The notes beneath the pieces were generated by a model. The model did no database searches. It was not told the origin of the DNA and saw only the letters and a list, made by a program, of their open reading frames with translations. Positions 1 through 9,183 of a DNA stretch of 39,909 bases are shown here, piece by piece (within the stretch, counting starts at the first letter, position 1; each line of letters opens with the position of its first letter). Both the position numbers and the translations under genes were made by a program. This stretch comes from a bacterium (GTDB lineage Bacteria > Oederibacteriota > JAJYGY01 > DAIDJD01), in the NCBI GenBank assembly GCA_035485275.1, contig DATHOE010000036.1:1-39909 (forward strand), read 5' to 3'.

Positions 1-1823
1 CTTCCTCCGCCTCCCCAACCAGAACCGACACGCCCTCGCCCACCGACACTTCCTCCGCCTCCCCAACCAGAACCGACACGCCCTCGCCCACCGACACTTC
101 CTCCGCCTCTCCAACCAGAACCATCACGCCCTCGCCCACCGACACTTCCACCCCCTCCCCCACCAGGACCGACACGCCCTCGCCCACCGACACTCCCACC
201 CCTTCCCCCACCAGGACCATCACAGCCTCGCCCACCGACAGCTCGACCCCATCCCCAACCAGGACCATCACCGTCTCGCCGACCGACAGCCCCAGCGTCA
301 CGCTGACGGACACAGCCACCCTGTCCCAGACCCGCACATCCACGGCCTCCCCGACGGACAGCCGCACCGTCAGCCCCACGGACACCGCCCCGGCGACCCC
401 GACCGCGACCCCGACCGCCTCCCCCAGCTGGACCCTCAGCGAAACCCCCACCGTACGTCCCACGGGCTCCGCCACGGACACCGTCAGCTCCACCATGACG
501 GCCACGGCCGACCCTTCGCCCCCGGACAGCGTGACGGACTCGCCCACGGCGACGGACAGCGCCAGCGTCACCTCCAGCACCACCCTGACCTGGACCTGCA
601 CCGCCAGCCCCACGCAGACGTCCACGGCCAGCCGGACCTCCACCTTCACGCCGCCTCCGACCGCCTCGTCCACGGACTCCGCCACGGCCAGCCCCACCCG
701 CTCCGCCAGCCCGAGCCAGACCTGGACCGCGACGTCCACCTCGACCTGGACTTCGAGCGCGACCGCCACGGACAGCCCCAGCGCCACCTCCAGCCGGACC
801 CGGACCCCCACCGCGAGCTCCACCCTGACCTCGAGCCTCACGGCGACCCCGACCATCACGGAATCGGCGACGGCGGAGCCCTCGCCCTACATGGTCACGG
901 TGGCCATCTACAACAGCGCGGGGGAGCTGGTGCGAAGCCTGTACCAGGGCGGCGCCGCGAATCCTGCGAACCAGGTCCAGGTGCTCGAAAGCGTCGGCCC
1001 CGGCGGGGCCCTCCAGGTGGACGTCACGGGCTTGGACGGCCAGGCGGGGAGCGACCTGATATGGAACGCCACCAACAACGGCGGCCAGTCGGTCGCGGCC
1101 GGCGTTTACACCGTGCAGGTCGCGACCACGAATCCGTTCGGGCAGGTCCAGACCCAGACAAAAATGGTGGCGGTGACGGCAGGGGCCGGGCCGGTGAGCC
1201 TGGGCATCTTCAACAGCGCCGGCGAGCTGGTCGCCAACCTCAGCGCGGAGATGGCGGGCCAGGACTCCGAACCCGTCTCCATGAGCCTGGCGCCGCCGGA
1301 CGGGCAGGCGGGAAACGGGGTGGTGGCGGTCTCCGGCGCGGCCGCGGGCAGCGGCTCCGGGGGCCTGATCATAAAAATAACCTTCGCCAACGGCGACACC
1401 AAGACGGTCCTATGGGACGGGCTGGGCACCCAGGGCCAGCCGCTCCAGCCCGGGAACTACCTGGCCACCCTGTACCAGGCCGAGCCGGGCTCGGACACCG
1501 TGGTGAAATCCCAGCCCTTCGTCCTCCTGGGCGCCGCGGACGGGTCCGCCAACAGCATGGCCCAAAGCGCGATCGTGGTGCCCAATCCCGTGGACGGGGA
1601 CTGGTTCACGGTCCAATTCCAGCCCGACGCGACCGACAGCGCGGCGGCCAGGCTCTACACCCTGGACGGGGGCGTCGCCGCCGAGGGCGCCTCCAACGGC
1701 CCCGGGAGCCTGCGCCTATCCGGCGACTGGAGCGGCGGCGTGTACCTGCTCGACTTCGAGGTGCACGGCGGCCCCGGCGGGACCCTCGCCCGGCGCGTCC
1801 TGAAGGTGGCGATCGTGCGCTGA
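1..1823 (+). CDS. Thr/Ser/Pro-rich tandem-repeat secreted protein, 5'-truncated by window edge; conserved C-terminal triple FlgD-Ig-like / T9SS-type sorting-tail-like region
   Basis: Reading frame 3 is open from position 3 (SSASPTRTDTPSPTDT... repeats) into the track ORF 495..1823. C-terminal ~300 aa (VTVAIYNSAGELVRSLY ... GVYLLDFEV ... VLKVAIVR) is ~65% identical to the C-terminus of the minus-strand giant ORF at 36589..39879. Family assignment of the C-terminal modules is by motif resemblance only. Confidence 0.7.
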   Translation, partial: SSASPTRTDTPSPTDTSSASPTRTDTPSPTDTSSASPTRTITPSPTDTSTPSPTRTDTPSPTDTPTPSPTRTITASPTDSSTPSPTRTITVSPTDSPSVTLTDTATLSQTRTSTASPTDSRTVSPTDTAPATPTATPTASPSWTLSETPTVRPTGSATDTVSSTMTATADPSPPDSVTDSPTATDSASVTSSTTLTWTCTASPTQTSTASRTSTFTPPPTASSTDSATASPTRSASPSQTWTATSTSTWTSSATATDSPSATSSRTRTPTASSTLTSSLTATPTITESATAEPSPYMVTVAIYNSAGELVRSLYQGGAANPANQVQVLESVGPGGALQVDVTGLDGQAGSDLIWNATNNGGQSVAAGVYTVQVATTNPFGQVQTQTKMVAVTAGAGPVSLGIFNSAGELVANLSAEMAGQDSEPVSMSLAPPDGQAGNGVVAVSGAAAGSGSGGLIIKITFANGDTKTVLWDGLGTQGQPLQPGNYLATLYQAEPGSDTVVKSQPFVLLGAADGSANSMAQSAIVVPNPVDGDWFTVQFQPDATDSAAARLYTLDGGVAAEGASNGPGSLRLSGDWSGGVYLLDFEVHGGPGGTLARRVLKVAIVR

Positions 1824-1880
1824 ACGCGCTACAATTCTGTCCATGCCATAGTTTTGTTTTTCGTGCCGGGACCTTCCTGA

Positions 1881-2576
1881 ATGCTGTTCGCCTACGACAT
1901 CCTCCTCGCCACATTGCTGGGCTCCGTCATCGGGCTTGAGCGCCAATGGCGCCAACGCTTCGCGGGCCTGCGCACCAACGCCCTGGTGGCCGCGGGCGCG
2001 GCCGCCTTCGCCGCGGCCGCGGTGAGCCCCCTGTGCAGGAGCAATCCCAGCCCCGTGATCGGAGCCATCGTCACCGGCATCGGCTTCCTGGGCGCGGGCG
2101 TCATTTTCAAGGAGGACTTCAGCGTCAGCGGGCTCAACACCGCCGCCACCCTGTGGTGCTCCTCGGCCGTGGGCGCGCTGAGCGGCATGGACCTCAAGGC
2201 CGAGGCCCTGGTGCTGGCGGCCGTGGTCATAGGGATCAACGTGGTGCTGCGGCCCCTGGCGCGGCACTTCGCCCAGGGATCCGCCGACTCCGCCTCGGAA
2301 ATGGAAAGCACCTACCGCATCTACGGGCTGTGCACGCACCGCGGGGAGCACGGCCTGCGTACGGCCCTGCTCCAGGAGGCCGCCAACGCCAAGCTGCGGG
2401 TCCGGGACCTGCACAGCGAAGCCGCCCCGCGCGGCCAGTCGCGCGTCAGCGTCGACTTCGTGCTGGTGGGCAGGGACGACAAGAGGATCGACGACGCCAC
2501 CCTACGCCTCAGCGCCATGCCGGGAGTGCGTTCCATACGCTGGCAGTTGGAGCGCAGCGCGAGCCATTTCGAGTAG
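1881..2576 (+). CDS. MgtC/SapB family membrane protein
   Basis: 231 aa. N-terminal hydrophobic segment with the MgtC signature LGSVIGLERQWRQRFAGLRTNALVA, plus a soluble C-terminal domain. Confidence 0.8.
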   Translation: MLFAYDILLATLLGSVIGLERQWRQRFAGLRTNALVAAGAAAFAAAAVSPLCRSNPSPVIGAIVTGIGFLGAGVIFKEDFSVSGLNTAATLWCSSAVGALSGMDLKAEALVLAAVVIGINVVLRPLARHFAQGSADSASEMESTYRIYGLCTHRGEHGLRTALLQEAANAKLRVRDLHSEAAPRGQSRVSVDFVLVGRDDKRIDDATLRLSAMPGVRSIRWQLERSASHFE

Positions 2577-2622
2577 GGTTGCGGCGGAGGCCGGGCCAGG
2601 GCGAGAGGAGCGGGGGGATTTT

Positions 2623-2994
2623 GTGGCGAACGAAGTGGTGATACGCTGGCTGGACGCGCCCGAGGACAAGGACTACCCGGCCGCGGCCTCGTACCTGAGC
2701 CTGGCCTTCTCGTTCGACCAGGTCCAGGTCCTGGTCGAACGCCTGAAGGCGGCTCCCCTGACGCGCTTCAAGGCCAAGGACATCTTCAGGGCCTCGGGCC
2801 TTTCCCTGCTGGGCGTGAGCAACGGGCACGTGGAAAAGGACCGGAAAAAGCTCCAGGACGGGGGCGCGCTGTCGCCCGTGCTCCTGGTGCGCCAAACCGA
2901 ACTCGGCAAAGTGGTGGTGGCCGACGGCTACCACCGCATTTGCGCCGTCTATTCCTTCAGCGAAGACGAATGGATACCCTGCAAAATCGTGTGA
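2623..2994 (+). CDS. hypothetical protein (GTG start), 46 bp downstream of mgtC-like gene
   Basis: 123-aa ORF in the GC-rich coding frame, no family recognised. Followed by a GC palindrome (3000-3013). Confidence 0.45.
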   Translation: MANEVVIRWLDAPEDKDYPAAASYLSLAFSFDQVQVLVERLKAAPLTRFKAKDIFRASGLSLLGVSNGHVEKDRKKLQDGGALSPVLLVRQTELGKVVVADGYHRICAVYSFSEDEWIPCKIV

Positions 2995-3041
2995 CCTAAG
3001 CCGCCCCGGCGGCCGTCCTCATAAATTATTCGTCAAGCCCG

Positions 3042-6000
3042 TCATTTCCCGCCGAAACGCCAGCACAAGCCGCCCGACACCGTCTGTTCCAGCAAGTTCC
3101 CCGTGGGGAGCGTGGCGTGGTAGTCGGCGTAGAGGTCCAGGCTCCCCGTCATCTGCGCGCTGATGCGCTCGCCCAGGCTCAGCTGGACCGCGGCCAGGGC
3201 CGGCCCGTCCACGGTGAAGGTCCCCCCGCCCACGGTCACCGTGCTGGACGGATCCTGGTCCCCGCTTTCATAGCTGAAAGCCAGGTCCGTTTGGGGCAGG
3301 AAACGGATCCCCCAGGCCGACAGCGGCGCCGCCGCGCTCAGGCCCACGAAGGGCGCCAGCGAGTCGCTGCCGTGGCCGGCCACGGCCAGGTCGAAGCCCG
3401 GGGATCCGCTTTCGTCGAAGCCCTGCGAGCTCAGGTATCCGAAGTCCACGCCGACCTTGGGCAGCAGGGTCAGGCCCCCCAGCCTGAAGGCCGTGTCCGC
3501 CTGCAGGGCGGCGCTCAGCTCCCCTGCCGAGTAGCCGGCCGCCGCCGTCTGGCCCACCTCGCTGATCGGCCTGCGGGTCCCGATGGAACCCAGGCCGTAA
3601 CCCACCACGCCGTCGATCCAGAATCGTCCGACCGCCTCGCTGCCGTAGAGGTCCGCGCGCGGCGTGTTGACGCCGGCGGTCTCTCCGTCGCTGAGCGTGA
3701 CGTTCGTCTGCCTGTCTCCCGCCGAGATGCCGGCGATAAAATCGTCCCCCAAACGCCGGTCCAGGCCCACCGTCAATCCGCCCCCCTGGGACGAGAAGCC
3801 GGTCAGGCCCCCGCTGCCCTTGACCGTGTCGAAGCTTCCCTGCGCCTGGAACCAGCCGCCCATGTGGGAGGCCGCGTCCGCCAAACCGAGCCAGGGGCCG
3901 CTCCCCTCCTGGCCCCCGGCCAGGGCGCCCTGCATCCCCGCGTCCCGGCCTCCCAGGCCCAGGGCCATGTCGTCCAGGCGTCCGAGCAGGGTCGCGTCGG
4001 ATTCCCGCGCGTCGAGGAAGGCCTGGTCCTGCAGGTCGCTGAACACCGCCGCGTCGGCGGGCGCGACCACCTGGACCAGGGTGAGGTCCACGAAGGAGAG
4101 CCCGTAGAACAGCCTCTGGGCGAAGTCCACGGGCGCCGTGCCGGTGACGTCGGAAAAGGCCCCGCTGACGCCGCCGGCGGCGCTCAGGAGGGTGTAGGTG
4201 TTGCCGGTGTAGATGCCCGGGTCATAGACCAGGTCCAGGTTTCCCGCGAGGCTGGCCGTGCCGCCCACCGCGAGCTTGGAGGCCCCTCCCGGGGCCACCT
4301 CGATGAGCAGGCTGCTGGTGGAGCCCTGGGCGTAGTCCCCGCCGACGCTGAGCGTGCCGACGACGACGCCGCCCGGCGCCACCGTGCCTCCGGTGGTGTT
4401 CTCCACGTCGCCCCCGACCGTGCCGTGGCCGGACAGGGTGCCGGCGCTGTCCACCAAGACCGTGCCTTCGATGCTCGCGCCGGGGTTCAGGCTGTCCCCG
4501 ATCTCCAGGGTCCCGGCGCCGACCGAGGTGACGCCGCCGCTGTAGGTGTCCGCCCCGTCCAGGACCAGGGTCCCGGTCCCGGCCTTGGTCAGGCTGCCCG
4601 CGCCGGAAATCACGCCGGACAGGGTGGCGTCGTAGCCGTTGGTGTCGAAGGTCTGCGACCCGGAGTCCAGGGTGATGGGGCGCGCGGTGTTGAAGGAGGC
4701 GCCCCATTGAAGGATGCCGCCGTCGAGGGTCAGCGCGCCCTCCGGGGCGTCGGCGCCCAGGGCGCCGTCGCTGCTGACATTGAGCGTGCCCCCCAGGAGC
4801 GTCCAGGGGGTGTCATAAAGGTTCGAGCCGCTCAGGGTCCAGGTGCTGGTCCCGGTCTTCTGGAACACGCCGAAGCCCTGGTACTGGCTCCCGATCTGGG
4901 ACGCGTCGAAGGCCGCGTCCGTGTCGCCGCCGAGGATGAGCGTGTCGGCGGCGCTGTAGGCGTAGACGCTGCCGACGATGTTGGAGCCGGATTCCAGCGT
5001 CAGGCTGTTGACGCCGCCGCTGAAGAGGATGGCCTCCGCGCGTATGGTCGGCACGTTGTCGTCGCTGTCGACGTCGGGGCCGCCGCCGAATCCGATCCCG
5101 CCGACGATGGTGCCGCTGTTGACCAGGTCGAGGCTTCCGCCTTCGACGGCCACGCCGCCGGCGCCGTTGTAGCCGCTGCCGCAGTTGGGGCAGCTCTCCC
5201 CGCCGAGCCCGCCGGCGCCGCCGGAAATGGTCCCGGAATTGGTCAGGGAGACGCCGATGACCCCGAACTGGATGCCGTTGCCGCCGCTGCCGCCCGTTCC
5301 GCCGACGCCGATCAGTCCGTTGACGTTGCCGGCGCCGCCGTTGCCGCCGGTGCCGCCGGTGACGGTCCCCGAATTGCTGAAGCTGACGGCCCCCGTGAAC
5401 TGCGCGCCCAGGCCGCCGTCCCCCCCCACGCCGCCGCCCGCGCCCGTGGTGGATCCCCCGTCGCCGCCGGCCCCGCCGAGGACCGTGCTGTTGTTGCTGA
5501 CGGCCCCGCTTCCCGTGACGACGGCCCCGTAGCCTCCGGCGCCGCCGCCGCCGCCGCCCGTGTCGTCGGCGCTGGACCCGCCGTCCCCGCCGTTGCCGCC
5601 GACGGAGGGGCCGGAAAGGCCGGCGCTCCCGCTGCCGTTGCCGTTGTATCCGCCCCCGCCGCCGCCCCCGCCGCCGTTGTCCCCGCCCGCGCCGCCCGCG
5701 CCGCCGTCCGGGGTGCCCGAGACCCCTCCGGCCCCGCCGCTGCCCCCCGCGCTGACCCCGCCTCCGGTTCCGCCGGCCCCGCCGCCCGAGCCTCCGCCGC
5801 CTCCCCCGCTGCCGTCAAAGCCCAGGCCCGCGGGATCGTTGTCGCCGCCGTTGGCTCCGGGCAAACCGCTGTACCCTGAGCCGCCGCCAAAGCCGCCCGG
5901 GGTGCCGTAGTAGTCGGCGCCGCCGGAGCCGCCCTGGGAGAGCAGGGCCGCGGGCGAGGCGAGCAGGCTGAAAACGCCTAAGGCAGCGAAAATTCCTGGG

Positions 6001-6062
6001 ACACGGAGGTTCGGGATCGAAGCCTGCAGACAAAACGGAACAGCGTTCCGGGTTCTTGGCAT
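3042..6062 (-). CDS. autotransporter outer-membrane protein (signal peptide; Gly-rich GGxGG passenger with autotransporter-associated beta-strand repeats; C-terminal beta-barrel translocator)
   Basis: ATG at 6062 with GGAG 8 nt upstream. N-terminal hydrophobic signal (IFAALGVFSLLASPAALLS). ~300 aa of GGAGG/GGSGG repeats. Repeated motifs 'GGTLNVSSDGALG ... TLDGGILQW'. C-terminus '...LCWRFGGK' with alternating hydrophobic beta-strand pattern typical of the AT beta-domain. Confidence 0.8.
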   Translation of the reverse strand: MPRTRNAVPFCLQASIPNLRVPGIFAALGVFSLLASPAALLSQGGSGGADYYGTPGGFGGGSGYSGLPGANGGDNDPAGLGFDGSGGGGGGSGGGAGGTGGGVSAGGSGGAGGVSGTPDGGAGGAGGDNGGGGGGGGGYNGNGSGSAGLSGPSVGGNGGDGGSSADDTGGGGGGAGGYGAVVTGSGAVSNNSTVLGGAGGDGGSTTGAGGGVGGDGGLGAQFTGAVSFSNSGTVTGGTGGNGGAGNVNGLIGVGGTGGSGGNGIQFGVIGVSLTNSGTISGGAGGLGGESCPNCGSGYNGAGGVAVEGGSLDLVNSGTIVGGIGFGGGPDVDSDDNVPTIRAEAILFSGGVNSLTLESGSNIVGSVYAYSAADTLILGGDTDAAFDASQIGSQYQGFGVFQKTGTSTWTLSGSNLYDTPWTLLGGTLNVSSDGALGADAPEGALTLDGGILQWGASFNTARPITLDSGSQTFDTNGYDATLSGVISGAGSLTKAGTGTLVLDGADTYSGGVTSVGAGTLEIGDSLNPGASIEGTVLVDSAGTLSGHGTVGGDVENTTGGTVAPGGVVVGTLSVGGDYAQGSTSSLLIEVAPGGASKLAVGGTASLAGNLDLVYDPGIYTGNTYTLLSAAGGVSGAFSDVTGTAPVDFAQRLFYGLSFVDLTLVQVVAPADAAVFSDLQDQAFLDARESDATLLGRLDDMALGLGGRDAGMQGALAGGQEGSGPWLGLADAASHMGGWFQAQGSFDTVKGSGGLTGFSSQGGGLTVGLDRRLGDDFIAGISAGDRQTNVTLSDGETAGVNTPRADLYGSEAVGRFWIDGVVGYGLGSIGTRRPISEVGQTAAAGYSAGELSAALQADTAFRLGGLTLLPKVGVDFGYLSSQGFDESGSPGFDLAVAGHGSDSLAPFVGLSAAAPLSAWGIRFLPQTDLAFSYESGDQDPSSTVTVGGGTFTVDGPALAAVQLSLGERISAQMTGSLDLYADYHATLPTGNLLEQTVSGGLCWRFGGK

Positions 6063-6153
6063 GTCGCCGTCTCCTTTGACTCGCTAGGAACCAAACAGCC
6101 AAAATGAAGGGGGGCGCCGCTTCACGGCCCGGGCTGATCCTATCAGGTTTTTT

Positions 6154-7455
6154 TCAGAACTTCCAGCCGCGCAGGCGGGGGTCCACGACCATGGTGCGTT
6201 CGCGTTCCGCGCCGACGCTGACCAGGGCCACCTTCACCCCGGACTCCCGCTCAATGAAGCTCAGATAGGCCCTGGCCTTGGCCGGCAATTGGGCCAGGCT
6301 GCGCGCCCCGCCGGTGGGCGCCTGCCAACCCTTGACCTTGACCGTAATCGGCTTGGCCCGGGCCAGCTCCGCGGAGGTCGCCGGGAAATGGCGTATGGTC
6401 TTGCCGTCGACGCGGTAGGCGACGCAGACCTCGATCTCCTTGAAGCTGTCCAGCACGTCCAGTTTTGTGATGGCCAGTCCGTCTAGGCCGTTGACCTGGG
6501 CGGCGTAGCGCAGCGCCACCATGTCGAGCCAGCCGCAGCGCCGGGCGCGGCCCGTCGTGCGGCCGTATTCCCCGCCCAGCTCGCGCAGGGCCTGGTTGCG
6601 TTTGGCGTCCAGTTCGCTGGGGAAGGGCCCCTCACCAACGCGGGTGGTGTAGGCCTTGCAGACCCCCAGGACATAGCCGATGCGGGTGGGGCCCAGCCCC
6701 GTGCCCGTGGCGCTTCCGCCGGCCGTGGAATTGCTGGCGGTCACGTAGGGATAGGTCCCGAAATCGACGTCCAGCAGGGTGCCCTGGGCGCCTTCCATCA
6801 GCACCCGCTTGCCGGACTTCCAGGCCGCGTCCAGCATGCCCTCGGTGTCGGCCATGTAGGGCAGCAGGGCCTTGGAGGCCCTGGCTATCTCTTTCCACAG
6901 GACCTTGGCCGTCAGGGGCTTGACCTTGTACAGGTGCTTGAAGAGGACGTTCTTCTCCTGCAGGCTGGTCTTGAGCTGGGACATGCAATACGCGGGGTCC
7001 TGCACGTCCGCCAGGCGCAGGCCCACGCGCCCCGCCTTGTCCATGTAGGTGGGGCTGATGCCGCGCTTGGTGGATCCGATGGTCTTCTGGCTGGCGCTGC
7101 CCTCGCGGGCCGCGTCCAGGGCCTTGTGCAGGGGCAGGGTCAGGTGGGCGCGCGGGCTGACGAAGAGGCGCCCCTCCACCTTGATGCCGCGTTTGCGCAG
7201 GCCTTCGACCTCGCCCAAGAAGCTGTCCGGATCGAGCACCACCCCGTTGCCCACGATGTTCAGGGTGCCGGAGTGGAGGATGCCGCTGGGGACCAGGTGC
7301 AGGACGTAGTTCTCGCCGCCCACCACCACCTCGTGGCCGGCGTTGGCGCCGCCCTGGTAGCGCACGACATAGCCGGCCTGCTCGGCGAGCAGGTCCACGA
7401 TCTTGCCCTTGCCTTCGTCGCCCCACTGGGCCCCGACCACCGTCAATACCGGCAT
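6154..7455 (-). CDS. purA: adenylosuccinate synthetase
   Basis: MPVLTVVGAQWGDEGKGKIVD... P-loop, 433 aa. ATG at 7455. The 5' extension of the track ORF overlaps serA and is rejected. Confidence 0.9.
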   Translation of the reverse strand: MPVLTVVGAQWGDEGKGKIVDLLAEQAGYVVRYQGGANAGHEVVVGGENYVLHLVPSGILHSGTLNIVGNGVVLDPDSFLGEVEGLRKRGIKVEGRLFVSPRAHLTLPLHKALDAAREGSASQKTIGSTKRGISPTYMDKAGRVGLRLADVQDPAYCMSQLKTSLQEKNVLFKHLYKVKPLTAKVLWKEIARASKALLPYMADTEGMLDAAWKSGKRVLMEGAQGTLLDVDFGTYPYVTASNSTAGGSATGTGLGPTRIGYVLGVCKAYTTRVGEGPFPSELDAKRNQALRELGGEYGRTTGRARRCGWLDMVALRYAAQVNGLDGLAITKLDVLDSFKEIEVCVAYRVDGKTIRHFPATSAELARAKPITVKVKGWQAPTGGARSLAQLPAKARAYLSFIERESGVKVALVSVGAERERTMVVDPRLRGWKF

Positions 7456-7484
7456 GAAATCCCTTTCGCCTTGGAACCGCTGAC

Positions 7485-9065
7485 TCAGCCCAGGTGGACC
7501 AAACGGACGCCCCGCAGACCCGGGATGGCTTCGAGCTTCTTGAGGGTGGGCTCTTCCACGCCCTGGTCGAGGCTGAACACGCTCAGGGCCTCGCCGCCCT
7601 TCGCCCCGCGCCCGTTGGTGAGGCTGGCGATGTTGACGCCGGCGTCGCCCAGCACGGTGCCGACCTTGCCCACCATGCCCGGGACGTCCTTGTTGAAGAA
7701 CAGCAGCAGCGTGCCGCTGGTGCGGATGTCGACCCTGAAGCCGTCGATCCCGACGATGCGCGGCTCGCTGCCGGACAGGGCCGCCTCGATCTCGTGCGCG
7801 CCCGCGGGCGTCTCGAGCTTGACCGCGATGCTGGTGGAGAAGGTGCCTTCCCCGCTCATCACCTCGCGCACGGCGATGCCGCGCTCCTTGGCCAGCACCG
7901 GGGCGTTCACCAGGTTCACGGCGTCGTCGAAGTGGCTGCCCAGGAGCTCCATCAGGAGCACGGGGGTCAGGGCCTGGGGCTTCTGGTGCGCCACCGCGCC
8001 CTGATAATGGATCTCCACGCTCTTGAGCCCTGAGCCCGCGTACTGCGAGGCGAAGGCGCCCAGGCGGCCGGCCAGCTGGTAGAAGGGCTGGATCTCCTTC
8101 CACTGCTCGGCGCTGATGGAGGGGATGTTGACCGCGTTGGCGATGGTGTGGCCGCGCAGGGCGTCCACGATCTGGCGGGCCACCACGTCGGCCACGTTGA
8201 CCTGGGCCTCCTCGGTGCTGGCGCCCAGGTGGGGGGTGAGTACCACCTTGTCGCTGTCCAGCAGGGGGTTGCCCGTGGGGGGCTCCTCGGTGAAGACGTC
8301 GATGGCCGCGCCGGCCACGTGGCCGTCCTTGATGGCCTGGGCCAGGTCGGCCTCGTTGATGATGCCGCCGCGCGCCACGTTGACGAAGCGCACGCCCTTT
8401 TTGCAGGTCTTGAGCTGGGCCGCCGCGATCATGTTGGCGGTCTCCTTGGTCTTGGGCACGTGCACGGTGATGATGTCGGCCTCCTTCAGGATGGCCTCCA
8501 CCGTGGTCAGCTCGGCGTCGATGCTGCGGGCCCGCTCAGGGGTGCAGAAGGGGTCGAAGGCCAGTATCCTCATGTTGAAGGCGCGCAGGCGCTTGGCGAC
8601 CTCGAAGCCGATGCGGCCCAGGCCGATCACGCCCAGGGTCTTGCCGTAGATCTCGATGCCCGTGAACTTGTTGCGCTCCCACTTCTTGTCCTTCAGGGAG
8701 GCGTGGGCCTGGGGGATGTTGCGGGCCATGGCCAGGATCAGGGCCACGGTGTGCTCCGCGGCCGAGATGGTGTTGCCGTCGGGGGTGTTCATCACGATCA
8801 CCCCGCGCCGGGTGGCGGCCGGGATGTCGACGTTGTCCAGGCCCACGCCGGCCCGGCCCACGACCTTGAGGCTCTTGGCGGCCTCCAAAAGGTCCGCGGT
8901 CACGGTGGTGGCGGAACGGATCACCAGGGCGTCGTAGCCGACAATGAGCTTTTTCAGCTCTTCGGGGCTCGGGGTGGGGTAGACGTCGGCCTGGAAGTCA
9001 GGCTCGGCCTTGAACACCGCGACTCCCTTGTCACTCAGCTTGTCCGTGATGAAAACCTTGAACAT
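7485..9065 (-). CDS. serA: D-3-phosphoglycerate dehydrogenase with C-terminal ACT domain
   Basis: 526 aa. 2-hydroxyacid dehydrogenase NAD-binding motif GVIGLGRIGFEVAKR, catalytic region, ASB/ACT C-terminus. Confidence 0.9.
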   Translation of the reverse strand: MFKVFITDKLSDKGVAVFKAEPDFQADVYPTPSPEELKKLIVGYDALVIRSATTVTADLLEAAKSLKVVGRAGVGLDNVDIPAATRRGVIVMNTPDGNTISAAEHTVALILAMARNIPQAHASLKDKKWERNKFTGIEIYGKTLGVIGLGRIGFEVAKRLRAFNMRILAFDPFCTPERARSIDAELTTVEAILKEADIITVHVPKTKETANMIAAAQLKTCKKGVRFVNVARGGIINEADLAQAIKDGHVAGAAIDVFTEEPPTGNPLLDSDKVVLTPHLGASTEEAQVNVADVVARQIVDALRGHTIANAVNIPSISAEQWKEIQPFYQLAGRLGAFASQYAGSGLKSVEIHYQGAVAHQKPQALTPVLLMELLGSHFDDAVNLVNAPVLAKERGIAVREVMSGEGTFSTSIAVKLETPAGAHEIEAALSGSEPRIVGIDGFRVDIRTSGTLLLFFNKDVPGMVGKVGTVLGDAGVNIASLTNGRGAKGGEALSVFSLDQGVEEPTLKKLEAIPGLRGVRLVHLG

Positions 9066-9183
9066 AGGGCGCTCCCAGGGTATAAAGTTTGGCCTTCGAA
9101 TACTTTGTGAAATTTTTCACAAACCCGATGGGGAGTGTATCCGAAGGCTATGGCCAGGGCAAGAACTTTCAGGGGGCGGCACC

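Noticed and set aside
2999-3015. GC palindrome gccgccccggcggc after the 2623..2994 ORF
   Set aside because: Loop too short and no flanking U-tract, so at best a weak terminator. Not called as a feature.
3117-5879. 920-aa plus-strand ORF and Pro-rich ORFs (5185..5532, 5560..5910) antisense to the autotransporter
   Set aside because: They mirror the GGxGG codons (GGC/GGG -> CCx = Pro). In high-GC DNA long antisense ORFs are expected. No independent start/RBS or domain.
6154-8103. 649-aa version of the purA ORF with Arg/Pro-rich N-terminal extension
   Set aside because: The extension overlaps serA on the same strand in another frame and has no homology. The canonical PurA N-terminus MPVLTVVGAQWGDEGKGK begins at 7455.
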